From contig JASFMV010000001.1 in assembly GCA_050117375.1 (NCBI GenBank), positions 421 to 64,420 on the forward strand: 64,000 nucleotides of DNA, given 5' to 3'. Origin of the DNA: Nitrosopumilaceae archaeon (GTDB lineage: Archaea > Thermoproteota > Nitrososphaeria > Nitrososphaerales > Nitrosopumilaceae). Positions 34,720 through 44,333 of this stretch are shown piece by piece (position 1 is the first letter of the stretch; every line of letters begins with the position of its first letter). A program made the translations under genes and the position numbers. The notes under the pieces are model-generated. The model worked only from the letters and a program-made list of their open reading frames with translations, searched no databases and had not been told where the DNA came from.

Positions 34720-36182
34720 TGGGTTATTTTATAGATTCTACCGGATTCCATAAAAAAACATATTCTGAATTAAAAACAGAATATGAAAACGAATTTAAAG
34801 CAGCGTTTGGGGATGACATTGATCTTGATCCGTCCGGTCCGTTTGGGGAACTGGTCGGGTTACTTGCTCAAAGGGATTCAGATATTTGGGAAGGTGTAGA
34901 AGAAATTTACAATAGCAGAGATCCAAACGCAGCTGAAGGAATGTCTTTAGATAAAATAGCAGCCGAAACCGGTATTATACGACAGGAAGCCACAGAGACT
35001 TCAGTATATGTCGTATTGTTATACGGAACCGAAGGCACATTAATTGAAGCTGGAAAAGAAGCCCGGCAAAGTATCGGAGACTATTCCGATATGAGCTATG
35101 TTTTACAAGAAAATACAACAATTACAAAAACGGCAGCAAGAGAAATTGAATTAACTGTACAAACTCCCGCGGATTTGGAAGTATTTACAATTACAATAGA
35201 TAGTGTAGATTATAGTTACGCTGCTAGTGTTGGAAGCGATGACGCTGAGGAAGTTGCTTGGCAATTAAAGACAGCGATCGAGGCCGGAGTATTTACCGGA
35301 ACAGTTGCGCAAAACGGAGCAACATTGACAATAACAGATACTAACACCGCCAATGACGCTATGAACATAGATTGGACAGCAAATATTGATTTAGATTTGT
35401 TAGCAAGTGGGGGAACTTTTGAGGCCTCTCTTGCCGGCGAAATTCCGTTAAGCGCGAACAGCTTAGACACAATTGTTACGCCGGTGTCCGGCTGGGACAG
35501 TGTTATAAATCCGAATTCCGGTATAACAGGAAGAAAAAAAGAAACTGATTCTGAGTTTCGTATTCGGCGTGCAAATACATTATTTACCGGAAATGCAACA
35601 GATGATGCGATGATCCGGGCAATTAGTAATAATGTTTCCGGGATTACTGCGGTGTCTATGACGAGCAATCGGGAAGAAACAACAAGCAGTGAAGACATAC
35701 CTCCACATAGTTATGAAGTTGTCGTGGTTGGGGGGGATGAAGACGACATTGCACAGCAAATTTGGTTGACACAACCATCTGGGATAGGAAGTTACGGGAA
35801 CACAGAAAAAACGGTTGTCGATTCCCAGGGAATTACTCAGACAATCTATTTCAGCCGGCCTACTCCGGTGTATATACATGTCCGAGTCAGCCGGGATTTA
35901 TATGATGAAGAGTCCTACCCATCTAATGGGGATGATTTGATAAAAGAATATATTGTGGATTGGTCCTTGATAAATCAAACAATCGGAAAGGACGTAATCC
36001 CGCAAAGATTAAGTACTCCAATTTATCAAGTTCCCGGAGTCGGAAAAATTTTAATTGAGACAGACGGGACGGCCAGCCCCGGCGATGCTCCGTCATATTC
36101 TACAGACATCATTGAAATTGCAAATAGAGAATATGGGGATTTTGCAACAGATAGAATTGTTGTACAAGACTTAACACCGTAA
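34719..36182 (+). CDS. baseplate J-like protein
   Basis: N-terminal YSELKTEYENEFKAAFGDDIDLDPSGPFGELVG...EEIYNSRDPNAAEGMSLD pattern. Confidence 0.65.
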   Translation: MGYFIDSTGFHKKTYSELKTEYENEFKAAFGDDIDLDPSGPFGELVGLLAQRDSDIWEGVEEIYNSRDPNAAEGMSLDKIAAETGIIRQEATETSVYVVLLYGTEGTLIEAGKEARQSIGDYSDMSYVLQENTTITKTAAREIELTVQTPADLEVFTITIDSVDYSYAASVGSDDAEEVAWQLKTAIEAGVFTGTVAQNGATLTITDTNTANDAMNIDWTANIDLDLLASGGTFEASLAGEIPLSANSLDTIVTPVSGWDSVINPNSGITGRKKETDSEFRIRRANTLFTGNATDDAMIRAISNNVSGITAVSMTSNREETTSSEDIPPHSYEVVVVGGDEDDIAQQIWLTQPSGIGSYGNTEKTVVDSQGITQTIYFSRPTPVYIHVRVSRDLYDEESYPSNGDDLIKEYIVDWSLINQTIGKDVIPQRLSTPIYQVPGVGKILIETDGTASPGDAPSYSTDIIEIANREYGDFATDRIVVQDLTP

Positions 36183-36195
36183 AAGGAAAAATAAA

Positions 36196-36717
36196 ATGGA
36201 CGGATATTCAATAGAACAAAAAACATACACGAATGCAGAACTTTTAATTTCTCAGTTTTCGGATAGTGATAAATTAAAAAGTATTGTAAATGCAGCCAAT
36301 GCACGGGCAGACGATATAGAAACAGCCGTTTTTGAAATTAGAAGTGAGTTTGATTTAGATGTTGCCGTGGGAGTACAGTTGGATATTTTGGGCAGTATTT
36401 TTAATGAAGACCGGGACGGCCGGACAGATACGGTTTACCGGACAGCTATAAAAAGCAAAGGAGCTAACCAATTTTCCGGGGAGCCGGAAAGTATTATATC
36501 AATTTTAACAAGTACTTTTTTAGCAACATATGTACATTATCGACCATTTTATGATGCAAAATATTATATATCAACAGATATTGATATTTCATCTGAGGAT
36601 TTAGTTCCGTTTTCTCCGGCAGGAGTAAAACCACTTGTCGAGGCGTATTATGTTACAGACGGAAATGGAAATTATGTTGTAGACGGACAGGGAAAAATTT
36701 TAACAGTGATTAAGTGA
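36196..36717 (+). CDS. baseplate/tail-fibre-associated protein (DUF2612-like)
   Basis: LDILGSIFNEDRDGRTDTVYRTAIK pattern and position. Confidence 0.4.
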   Translation: MDGYSIEQKTYTNAELLISQFSDSDKLKSIVNAANARADDIETAVFEIRSEFDLDVAVGVQLDILGSIFNEDRDGRTDTVYRTAIKSKGANQFSGEPESIISILTSTFLATYVHYRPFYDAKYYISTDIDISSEDLVPFSPAGVKPLVEAYYVTDGNGNYVVDGQGKILTVIK

Positions 36718-36729
36718 AGGAGAAATAAA

Positions 36730-38139
36730 ATGGCATATACAACAATTAGTCCGCCTGATTTTGATCCGGCAACCAGTTTAAATTTAACTGACATTTTATG
36801 GGCAATGCAGGGAGTAGCAGCGGACAGGGACAAACAAGTTCCATTATCTCTACTAAAAGAATTTATCAACACAGACATAACGTTGACCGGAACAATGATT
36901 CACGGGCCGGGCAATTATACAGTTTCTACTCAGGCCGGATTTAATGAACTGATAGAACGAACTGCCGCGAATACATATAAACTTAAAGACGAAGTAATTA
37001 CAATAAAATTAAAATACTTGTCTGGCGGTTATTTGTGTTATGGCGGGACTTCTTATTTATCGGACGGCGATACCTGGGGAGTATTGCAGACAAATAATTG
37101 TACCCGGTTTGAAATAGAAGACGGCGGGCATTTAGCAGTCGGGGACGAACCATTTCAATTATATATAGAAGAGGGCGGTTACTTTAAAGTTCCATGTGAG
37201 GGGATAGGCTCAGCCGCTTTTTCTGCAACTGATACTAGTAGTCATTTTTTCTGTGCAAATAGTGGTATAGTATTAGATCAATGTTCAGTAAAAAATCGGC
37301 TTGTTGAAGCGGACACTATTTATAGAATTTTTCATGGTAACGTGCAAGATAATTGTCTTTTTAGAAATTGTTTTGTTCAAAATTTTAATAGTGATGCTGC
37401 CTCTGTTTTTGGTGTAGTTGTTTTTAGTCGTTGTTTTTCTGTTAATGGTTGTTGGGCAGATACTATTTCTACTGGTGCTTATCAGCTTGAGATTTTTGCA
37501 GAATCTGGATATTTAAATAATACTAGAGCAACAAATATTTCTGGAACAGGAAATGGTGACATATTCGTTTATCATGATAATATTGTTATTGCTGGAGCAT
37601 ATGTAAAAAATATTATAAATTCAACAGGCAGCGGAAATGTTTCTGGATTTTATCAATGTGATCAAATATCTGCTTGTCAAATACAAACAATAGAAGCATA
37701 TTCTGGTTCCATTTACTGTTTTTATGCATGTGATCAAATATCTGCTTGTTTTGTAGACGATGCAGAAACAGTAGACGGAACTATTTATGGATATCAGGGT
37801 TGTAATCAAATTTCTGCGTGTAAAGCAAGTACTTTTGTCAGTACTGGAACTGGTCTTATTTTTGGATATAGACTATGTTATGCACTATCGTCTTGCAAAG
37901 CTACAAGTTTTCAATCAAATTCTGGAAATGTATATGGATTTTATGAATGTCATGATATGGCAGCATTAATCACAACATTATTGAGTTCTACTTCTGGTAC
38001 AGTTAATGGATATTATAATTGTACTGAAGGAGCAGCGTTTGAAACAGATGTGGGAACAAATAGTGCCAATGATTATATGGATACTGCAGACACAAATGTT
38101 ACAAATAAAAATTCAATACAAGATATTTTTACAACATAA
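36730..38139 (+). CDS. tail fibre / receptor-binding protein with Cys-rich repeats
   Basis: It is the last gene of the tail block. The C-terminal half holds repeats of G.(I/V)YGFY.C(D/N)QISAC. Confidence 0.55.
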   Translation: MAYTTISPPDFDPATSLNLTDILWAMQGVAADRDKQVPLSLLKEFINTDITLTGTMIHGPGNYTVSTQAGFNELIERTAANTYKLKDEVITIKLKYLSGGYLCYGGTSYLSDGDTWGVLQTNNCTRFEIEDGGHLAVGDEPFQLYIEEGGYFKVPCEGIGSAAFSATDTSSHFFCANSGIVLDQCSVKNRLVEADTIYRIFHGNVQDNCLFRNCFVQNFNSDAASVFGVVVFSRCFSVNGCWADTISTGAYQLEIFAESGYLNNTRATNISGTGNGDIFVYHDNIVIAGAYVKNIINSTGSGNVSGFYQCDQISACQIQTIEAYSGSIYCFYACDQISACFVDDAETVDGTIYGYQGCNQISACKASTFVSTGTGLIFGYRLCYALSSCKATSFQSNSGNVYGFYECHDMAALITTLLSSTSGTVNGYYNCTEGAAFETDVGTNSANDYMDTADTNVTNKNSIQDIFTT

Positions 38140-38144
38140 TAAAA

Positions 38145-38168
38145 AAGTCCGGGACTGCTCCCGGACTT
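38145..38168. terminator. bidirectional terminator between convergent genes
   Basis: 10-bp stem AAGTCCGGGA/TCCCGGACTT flanked by an A-run upstream and a T-rich stretch downstream. Confidence 0.7.
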
Positions 38169-38175
38169 AATTGTT

Positions 38176-38637
38176 TTAGTCTATTTTATACCGAATACCT
38201 ACTATAATTTTATTGTAGGTGATCGGTGCCGGCTTTTCTTCATATTCAAAATAATACACATGTTTGCTAACATAATACTGCCCTATACTAGAAACAACAA
38301 TGTGTCCGCACATGTGTTCTACTTCTATAAAAAAGAAATCTAAAAAAGTAACACCTATTCCATATGTGTATTGTTCGTAATAGGGACTGTTTTTTAGAAA
38401 ATCCCCGTCAGTCGGGTAAAACCAGCTCTTCAATCCGCCATAAAAATACGGAGAAAAATATTTAAAATCAGTCCCGTATTTTATTTTCAGATCGATTGTA
38501 CCGACAGTATTATGATCATTCATTTCATAATACCGTCCGCATCCTGCATTAAATTCCAGCCATCCGGGAATAACTCCCTGATAACTAAATGCGTTTGTTG
38601 AAATAAATAATAAAAGTACAAATATTATTTTTTTCAT
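38176..38637 (-). CDS. secreted aromatic-rich protein, small beta-barrel outer-membrane protein candidate
   Basis: Signal peptide MKKIIFVLLLFISTNAFS, followed by alternating aromatic/Gly-rich segments. Start set at 38637 behind GGAGG. Confidence 0.4.
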   Translation of the reverse strand: MKKIIFVLLLFISTNAFSYQGVIPGWLEFNAGCGRYYEMNDHNTVGTIDLKIKYGTDFKYFSPYFYGGLKSWFYPTDGDFLKNSPYYEQYTYGIGVTFLDFFFIEVEHMCGHIVVSSIGQYYVSKHVYYFEYEEKPAPITYNKIIVGIRYKID

Positions 38638-38772
38638 TTTTGATCCTCCAATTTTTTTAACTTTGATTAAAAATACCGGGGCATTAAGCCCCGGTATCAT
38701 CACACTTTTTAAAACATTTTCTGAGGTGTATTTTTGAAACTCCCCGGTTTTGCGGTTGCCCGAGGAAAACCG

Positions 38773-38901
38773 TTAACAAGATAAGTGACACATTGCAATA
38801 ATGGTAACCATTATTACAGACGCTATCAGCGCGGTGATAACTACAGAAGCGATAAATATTTTAATATCAACTTTAACGCTTTTTTTATCACCTTTTTTCA
38901 T
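38773..38901 (-). CDS. small single-TM membrane protein (42 aa)
   Basis: MKKGDKKSVKVDIKIFIASVVITALIASVIMVTIIAMCHLSC behind a GGAGG RBS. It is not in the ORF track because it is under 60 aa. Confidence 0.45.
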   Translation of the reverse strand: MKKGDKKSVKVDIKIFIASVVITALIASVIMVTIIAMCHLSC

Positions 38902-38987
38902 TTTAGACCTCCAATTTTAATTTTTGTCCTGTCTCTTCAGTGCCGGGTGGACAGTTCCGGCAGACGCCCATAAGGGCGTTTCGACTT

Positions 38988-39152
38988 TTAATGATGTTTC
39001 TTTTCTATACATTCGTCATCGTCTTGATCCCAGATTTCCCAGTTCTTTAAACCCAAATCAAAAATCACATCGTAGCAATCATGAACTGATGGGAACTCCC
39101 CGACAAAAAATCTTTCGTTTGTTTCTTTGTTATATTCCATTAACTCTAACAT
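38988..39152 (-). CDS. small acidic protein (54 aa)
   Basis: First ORF behind the inverted cassette copy (AAAGGAGAT RBS), followed by an ACGCCC/GGGCGT hairpin. Confidence 0.45.
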   Translation of the reverse strand: MLELMEYNKETNERFFVGEFPSVHDCYDVIFDLGLKNWEIWDQDDDECIEKKHH

Positions 39153-39270
39153 TTCTGATCTCCTTTATTAACTTTGTTATATTAATAATATACGGAATAA
39201 AGATAATAAAGTAAAGTACTTTTTTATGCATAAGAATAAAAATATATTCGTAAGTACTGGTTTTATGAGT
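39150..39270 (-). repeat. promoter/5'UTR cassette, copy 3, inverted (-35 at 39210-39215, -10 at 39187-39192)
   Basis: This is the reverse complement of the cassette at 16281-16394 and 45404-45521. Confidence 0.7.
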
Positions 39271-39272
39271 GG

Positions 39273-39695
39273 TTATTTAACCATTTCAAATATGTTAGAA
39301 ATTTGGGCATCTTTTTTATCAGATTTCCGTTTCATAGCATCTATTTTTGCGCTTTGTCTAAGAAATGGCTGGGTTGCTTCGTGGATTCTAATTAGCATTG
39401 TTTCTACTATATTATTTGTGTCTTCTTGCAATATAGTTAATTCATTTTCTCTTTTGCGTAGATAATTATATTTTTCTCTATTAGAACTAATTTGTTTTTT
39501 TAATTTAGAAATTTCATTATTTTTTTGTACAATAATTTGTTGTAATTCTTTTTTAATTTCTTGTATTTGTTTTTTATTTTTTTCTTGATATTCTTTTTTT
39601 GTTTCCTGCCGGCCCTGTTCCCGGCCTTTTTTTATTCCGTCTCTTCTTGCTTTTTTAACCTGCTTTGATATAATTCTAAAAAATAATTTTTTCAT
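39273..39695 (-). CDS. basic coiled-coil protein
   Basis: 140-aa K/E/Q-rich ORF. Confidence 0.55.
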   Translation of the reverse strand: MKKLFFRIISKQVKKARRDGIKKGREQGRQETKKEYQEKNKKQIQEIKKELQQIIVQKNNEISKLKKQISSNREKYNYLRKRENELTILQEDTNNIVETMLIRIHEATQPFLRQSAKIDAMKRKSDKKDAQISNIFEMVK

Positions 39696-39707
39696 GGTTT
39701 TCTCCTT

Positions 39708-40052
39708 TTATAAAGTTATCCCGTTTAAAGAAAATTCTGGAATGTTGTCCCCGTCTACGCAGTAAAAAAGATGAAAACAATATTTATGAATATTTATATA
39801 ATTTTCTTTTTTGGGAAAAATCATTATTACTTTTTTATCTGTTCCGAAAAATAAGTTTTTAATATATAATATTTCTTCGTGTGGCGGATACCGATTTGGC
39901 CTCGACAAAGACAAATGCCACCATCTTTTGTCGTCATTTTCTATGTTGCAAGAACAAATCACAAGTAAATTTCCTTTCCGATACATAGCCCCATCTGTTC
40001 GTTTTTCTATCAGATCAAAATTAGCTTCTTTAATTTTCTGCTCATTTATCAT
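39708..40052 (-). CDS. conserved phage-type hypothetical protein
   Basis: The WWHLSLSRPNRYPPHEEILYIK motif resembles one I recall in prophage proteins. Confidence 0.5.
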   Translation of the reverse strand: MINEQKIKEANFDLIEKRTDGAMYRKGNLLVICSCNIENDDKRWWHLSLSRPNRYPPHEEILYIKNLFFGTDKKVIMIFPKKENYINIHKYCFHLFYCVDGDNIPEFSLNGITL

Positions 40053-40214
40053 ATGTCTAATCCCACTATTTTATATTTTAGATTTTTTAAATACGGTTTT
40101 TGCATATAGTCTTTTGCTCCCTGTTCGCTGTTAAAAGCAACTAAATGATTTGTCCCCTCCCAGCATAGGGGATATATTTGATTGTCGAATGAACTTTTAA
40201 AAAGAATAAAATAT

Positions 40215-41318
40215 TTATTTTCCATTTTCTCTTCCTACAAACATAACGATTGCAAAAGAAATTGGAGCAATTAAATCTATAAATATAGCCGGGAATACAC
40301 TCAGCCAAAATTGTATCATTTCCGGCTTCCATCTAAAAATAGAATTCATCCACAAATAAAAATCAGGCGGACTTTTTTTAACAATTGTTATGTTTTTATT
40401 TTTTCTTAAATTAGTTAATTTTTTTAATACATTATTTAATTCTTTTTTTGCGCTGTAGTATCTCCAACGAAAAGCATTATATTGTTTTTTGTTTTTTTCA
40501 ATATTTTCTTTTGTCGTGTATTGAGATAACACAGATTGTAGTTGTTTTATATCCTCTTTAAGTATCCTGGCCCGTTCCTGGTATTCCTGTTTTTGTTCCG
40601 CATATTCCATATTTTTTATATCATTTTCTGCAATCAATTTTTCCTGTTTGTATTGCAAATTAAGTTTTTCTATGCGGGCATTATACTGTCCGGCCACGGT
40701 ACTGATCATAGAAAATACAGTAACAATAATCCATAATAAAGAAAAAACAAAAATTAAAGCATATTGTTTCTTTTTAAAAAACAGTACTATTAATTCAAAC
40801 GCACTAACAGCAAAAGCAACCATTATGGTTGCTAATAACAAAGACCGGAACGGACTCAAAAATTCCCGGAGCCAGTTGTCTGAATAATACACAGACATGT
40901 ACGTGGCTCCTATACCGATAACTAATAATATATATTTCAAAATTGATATCCAGTTATTAAATTTAATAACCGGTTTTTTAAATTGAGTAACATCTAATTT
41001 AACAGTGTCTTTTTTTTGTTTGATTTTATTTACAACTTTTTTAACCGGGAGTTTTTTTATTTTGTCCGGCAGTTGGCTGATCGTGAGTTTATTATTTTCA
41101 ACCAAAAGAAACTTTTTGTTTTTGAGATAGGACAATATTTTGTAAATAGAATTTTTATCCAATCCGGTTTCTTCCTTTATATACGAAAGTTTTGGAATTT
41201 TTCCGTATTTTTTAAAATAATATTCTAAAATTTTTTTCATTTTTTCAATATCATTCAATGATATTGTTTTAGGTTCCGGTTTTTTCATTCTTTTTATTTT
41301 TCCTTTAATTGTTTTCAC
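40215..41318 (-). CDS. winged-helix N-terminal domain + multi-TM + coiled-coil protein
   Basis: GTG start overlapping the upstream stop. Domain order: MarR-like N-terminus, about 4 TM segments, a coiled coil, and a C-terminal TM. Confidence 0.55.
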   Translation of the reverse strand: MKTIKGKIKRMKKPEPKTISLNDIEKMKKILEYYFKKYGKIPKLSYIKEETGLDKNSIYKILSYLKNKKFLLVENNKLTISQLPDKIKKLPVKKVVNKIKQKKDTVKLDVTQFKKPVIKFNNWISILKYILLVIGIGATYMSVYYSDNWLREFLSPFRSLLLATIMVAFAVSAFELIVLFFKKKQYALIFVFSLLWIIVTVFSMISTVAGQYNARIEKLNLQYKQEKLIAENDIKNMEYAEQKQEYQERARILKEDIKQLQSVLSQYTTKENIEKNKKQYNAFRWRYYSAKKELNNVLKKLTNLRKNKNITIVKKSPPDFYLWMNSIFRWKPEMIQFWLSVFPAIFIDLIAPISFAIVMFVGRENGK

Positions 41319-41488
41319 TGAGGCAACTCTGCTACCATCACAACTCTTAGTTTTTCTTTAGATGCTATATTATGCGCCATTTTAGATGCAGATTTAAAAT
41401 TGTTCGCGGGAAGTTCTATTTGTTTACAAGATTTTGCCTTAGCACTATCTGAAGTTTTTTTAAAAAATATTCTATAGGTATATTTCAT
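41315..41488 (-). CDS. small basic protein (57 aa)
   Basis: ATG behind AAGGAG. It is the first gene of the minus-strand operon. Confidence 0.4.
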   Translation of the reverse strand: MKYTYRIFFKKTSDSAKAKSCKQIELPANNFKSASKMAHNIASKEKLRVVMVAELPQ

Positions 41489-41518
41489 GCTGCACTCCTT
41501 TTTTCCGTTAATAGTTAT

Positions 41519-41547
41519 ATTATACTATTTTAAACACAAAAAGAAAT
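41519..41547 (-). promoter_or_regulatory. promoter class B on the minus strand (ATTTCT-N17-TATAATATAA)
   Basis: The reverse complement reads TTTCTTTTTGTGTTTAAAATAGTATAATATAAC. Confidence 0.5.
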
Positions 41548-41595
41548 AATTATTTTCCAAAAAGTGAAATTTTTTTAAAAAAAATTAAAAAGTAC

Positions 41596-41623
41596 TTTAC
41601 TTGATCACTGTTTTTGTTATTTT
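41596..41623 (+). promoter_or_regulatory. promoter class A (TTTACT-N16-TATTTT)
   Basis: AAAAAGTACTTTACTT core, divergent from the minus-strand promoter. Confidence 0.45.
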
Positions 41624-41652
41624 AGTATTAAAGTTAAAAATTGGAGGTTAAA

Positions 41653-42087
41653 ATGGAAGAACAAAAACAACAAGAAGTACAATTTTTGTACGAATTGCTA
41701 AAACGTTGTAATTCGCTTACAATCGAATGTTTTTTAAAAGGGAAAGCGTTACCTTTGTCTATTCGTAAACGAGGAATAGATAAAGTATCGGTTGTAAAAA
41801 TGAATGAAATGCAGTTCGAAGATTTTAAAAATAATATATTTATTTTTAAAGTCCGTGATGTGAATTCCAAATTTATAATCGGAGCGGAGGAAATTGAATC
41901 TATTGTTCCATTATATCAAGAACACGCTATTAAAATAGAAATGGACGAAGACGAACAAGTGTCCTTTGAAGTTTCTAAAACATATTCAAAAGTGCAAAAA
42001 ATTTTAATTGTGTTGATAGATGGAATGCACGTTGAAATTTCATTTAAAACGTCCACAATAGCAAAAAAACAAAACGAACCGCATTAA
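41653..42087 (+). CDS. hypothetical protein
   Basis: ATG 41653 behind GGAGG. Confidence 0.55.
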   Translation: MEEQKQQEVQFLYELLKRCNSLTIECFLKGKALPLSIRKRGIDKVSVVKMNEMQFEDFKNNIFIFKVRDVNSKFIIGAEEIESIVPLYQEHAIKIEMDEDEQVSFEVSKTYSKVQKILIVLIDGMHVEISFKTSTIAKKQNEPH

Positions 42088-42109
42088 GCGGTTTGTTAAA
42101 ATTAGCTTT

Positions 42110-42139
42110 AACGGCCCCATGTTCCGGGGCCGTTTTTTA
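42110..42139 (+). terminator. rho-independent terminator
   Basis: AACGGCCCC/GGGGCCGTT followed by TTTTTT. It is near-identical to 44463-44492. Confidence 0.7.
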
Positions 42140-42161
42140 AAAATCTAAAAAGGAGAAAATT

Positions 42162-42746
42162 ATGAATTGTTCCGTAGTAGAAGAAATGTATTATGGTTAT
42201 AATAATTTATTGCACCAAAAAGTAAATAAATATTTTATTTTAACCGGGGTAGACCGGGAAGAATTACAAGGCCAGGCAAATTTAATTTTTATGGAGTGTG
42301 TCACATCATTTTTAAAAATACCAAACAGAAAACATTCTTTTTCTACTCATTTATGTAATTCCCTGGAATGGGAAATTATACGATTTTTGGAAAAAGAAGA
42401 AAAAAAAAGAAAATCAGAAATCAGTATTGTTACAAAAATAGATGATGCTGAATATTATGGAAATGAATATTACATTGATCCGTTAGCACACGATGATTAT
42501 TGTGTGCAAACAATTGAACTTAATGATTTAATAAATAATTTAAATGGGGATCTGGCAAAAGAGTGTAAATATATATTACGTTTAATTTTGCATCCTACGG
42601 AAAAACAAAAACGAGAGTTCCCGTATAAAAGCAGAAAAATGAGCCGGAAATCCATACAAAAATATCTGAGAGAAAAAGGGTGGAAAATTACCACCATAAA
42701 AAATTGCTTTAGAAAAATAAGGCAGGAAATAATAAATGAATTATAA
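42162..42746 (+). CDS. sigma-70-family (ECF-like) sigma factor candidate
   Basis: Region-2-like DREELQGQANLIFMECVTSF...FSTHLCNSLEWEIIRFL and a C-terminal HTH-like SRKSIQKYLREKGWKITTIKNCFRKIR. Confidence 0.4.
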   Translation: MNCSVVEEMYYGYNNLLHQKVNKYFILTGVDREELQGQANLIFMECVTSFLKIPNRKHSFSTHLCNSLEWEIIRFLEKEEKKRKSEISIVTKIDDAEYYGNEYYIDPLAHDDYCVQTIELNDLINNLNGDLAKECKYILRLILHPTEKQKREFPYKSRKMSRKSIQKYLREKGWKITTIKNCFRKIRQEIINEL

Positions 42747-44043
42747 ACATAAACTTTTACGGCCCTATCAAAACATACATATAAATAAAATGATTAATAT
42801 TTTACAAAAACAGGGAGCAGCCCTGGATGGGAGTGATACCGGAACCGGTAAAACATATACATCAATAGCATTGGCAAAATTATTAAAATGTAAAATAATC
42901 GCCTTAGTCCCAAAAAATAGTATTTCTACATGGCAGGAAATTGCTGATGCATTTGAAGTTCCCATAATAGCTTTTAACTACGAACAATATCAAAGAGGGA
43001 ATATAGAATGTTTACGTAGAACAGAATACATGCAAACATTTTATGACAGAAGAGGAAAAAGGAAAAAAAGAAGAGTAGTAAAATTTCAATGGCTGACTGA
43101 TAAAAATGATCTTATTGTTTTTGATGAGGCCCACCGGTGTGGGAGTTATTCTACATTGAATGGAAAAATATTAAGATTTTCTAAAAAAACAAATAGCAAA
43201 ATATTGTCCCTGTCTGCAACCATAACAGATAAGGCAACAGATATGTATAATATTGGGTTGGTGCTGGGACTTTTTTCTGATTGGATGGGATTCCAAACAT
43301 GGGGATATAATAGAGGAATTACAGATGGGCATTTCGGTGGATTTGATTTTAATGCGTCCAAATCCAATTTGATAAAAATACATAATGATATATATCCAAA
43401 ATACGGGGCAAGAATGAAGGCAAGTGAAATACCAGGCTTTCCAAAAAACAATATTATCAGTGAAGCATATGATATGGAGTCGGCCGTAAAAATACAAAAC
43501 CTATATGATGACATAAAAGGAATCATAGAAATCACAAAACGGATAAAGGCCCGGCAGGAAATAGAATTATTAAAAGTATCTACTATGATAGAAATGACTA
43601 GTGATTTGCTTGCAAAAGGGCATAGCGTTTGTTTGTTTGTGAATTTCAAGCAGACAATAACAGAACTATCAAAAAAACTAAAAACAAATTGCATTATAGA
43701 CGGGGGCGTTGCCGGAAAAAATCGAATAAAAAACATGAGGGATTTCCAAAATAATAAAAGCAAAATAATATTATTGAATTCCAGGGCTGGCGGTGAATCC
43801 ATATCTCTGCACGATACTCAGGGAGGGCACCCGAGAGTAAGTATAATAAGTCCACCTGAAAGTGCTAAAAATCTAAAACAGGTTTTTGGAAGAACTGTCC
43901 GGGAGGGAACAAAGGCAGATTATGTAACTCAAAAAATAATATTTTGCAGGAATACCATAGAAGAAGAAGTCGCAAAAAATTTAAAAAGAAAAATCCGTAA
44001 TATTGACATGATTAATGACGGAGATTTTGGAGAGCTAATATGA
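42736..44043 (+). CDS. SF2 (SNF2/DEAH-like) helicase
   Basis: Walker A GSDTGTGKTYT, DEAH box FDEAHRCG, and motif VI-like QVFGRTVREG. Confidence 0.7.
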   Translation: MNYKHKLLRPYQNIHINKMINILQKQGAALDGSDTGTGKTYTSIALAKLLKCKIIALVPKNSISTWQEIADAFEVPIIAFNYEQYQRGNIECLRRTEYMQTFYDRRGKRKKRRVVKFQWLTDKNDLIVFDEAHRCGSYSTLNGKILRFSKKTNSKILSLSATITDKATDMYNIGLVLGLFSDWMGFQTWGYNRGITDGHFGGFDFNASKSNLIKIHNDIYPKYGARMKASEIPGFPKNNIISEAYDMESAVKIQNLYDDIKGIIEITKRIKARQEIELLKVSTMIEMTSDLLAKGHSVCLFVNFKQTITELSKKLKTNCIIDGGVAGKNRIKNMRDFQNNKSKIILLNSRAGGESISLHDTQGGHPRVSIISPPESAKNLKQVFGRTVREGTKADYVTQKIIFCRNTIEEEVAKNLKRKIRNIDMINDGDFGELI

Positions 44044-44318
44044 TACTTAGTATTATTCATTTGTTGTCACAAGAGAAAAAAAGATTTATTATAGAAACAA
44101 ATAAATTTCCTGATTATGTTTTAATGTCTTCTACTACACTTTTAGATTTAGAAAAAGAAGTACAAAAGCAAAATAAAATGGAACATAATCAAAATGTGCA
44201 TTTACATAAATTTGAAAATATGAATATATTATTATTAGAAGATTTAAGAAAAAACGAATTTATTTTTTATGATAAAGAAAAATTAAAAGAATTTATGTAT
44301 CGATCATTTTATAGTTAA
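44040..44318 (+). CDS. hypothetical protein
   Basis: 92-aa ORF with an ATGA overlap. Confidence 0.5.
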   Translation: MILSIIHLLSQEKKRFIIETNKFPDYVLMSSTTLLDLEKEVQKQNKMEHNQNVHLHKFENMNILLLEDLRKNEFIFYDKEKLKEFMYRSFYS

Positions 44319-44333
44319 TTTTGGAGAATTATT

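Noticed and set aside
38785-39214. Two + strand ORFs (38785..38973 and 38924..39214)
   Set aside because: They have no RBS and implausible composition. The minus strand here has two short ORFs with strong GGAGG/AAGGAG sites downstream of the inverted promoter cassette.
43146-43802. Long antisense ORFs inside well-supported genes (for example 43146..43802-, 30150..30692-, 22939..23388-, 25711..26142-, 35216..35698-, 54937..55404-, 51941..52411-)
   Set aside because: These are shadow ORFs opposite genes with clear motifs. They lack RBSs and have skewed composition.
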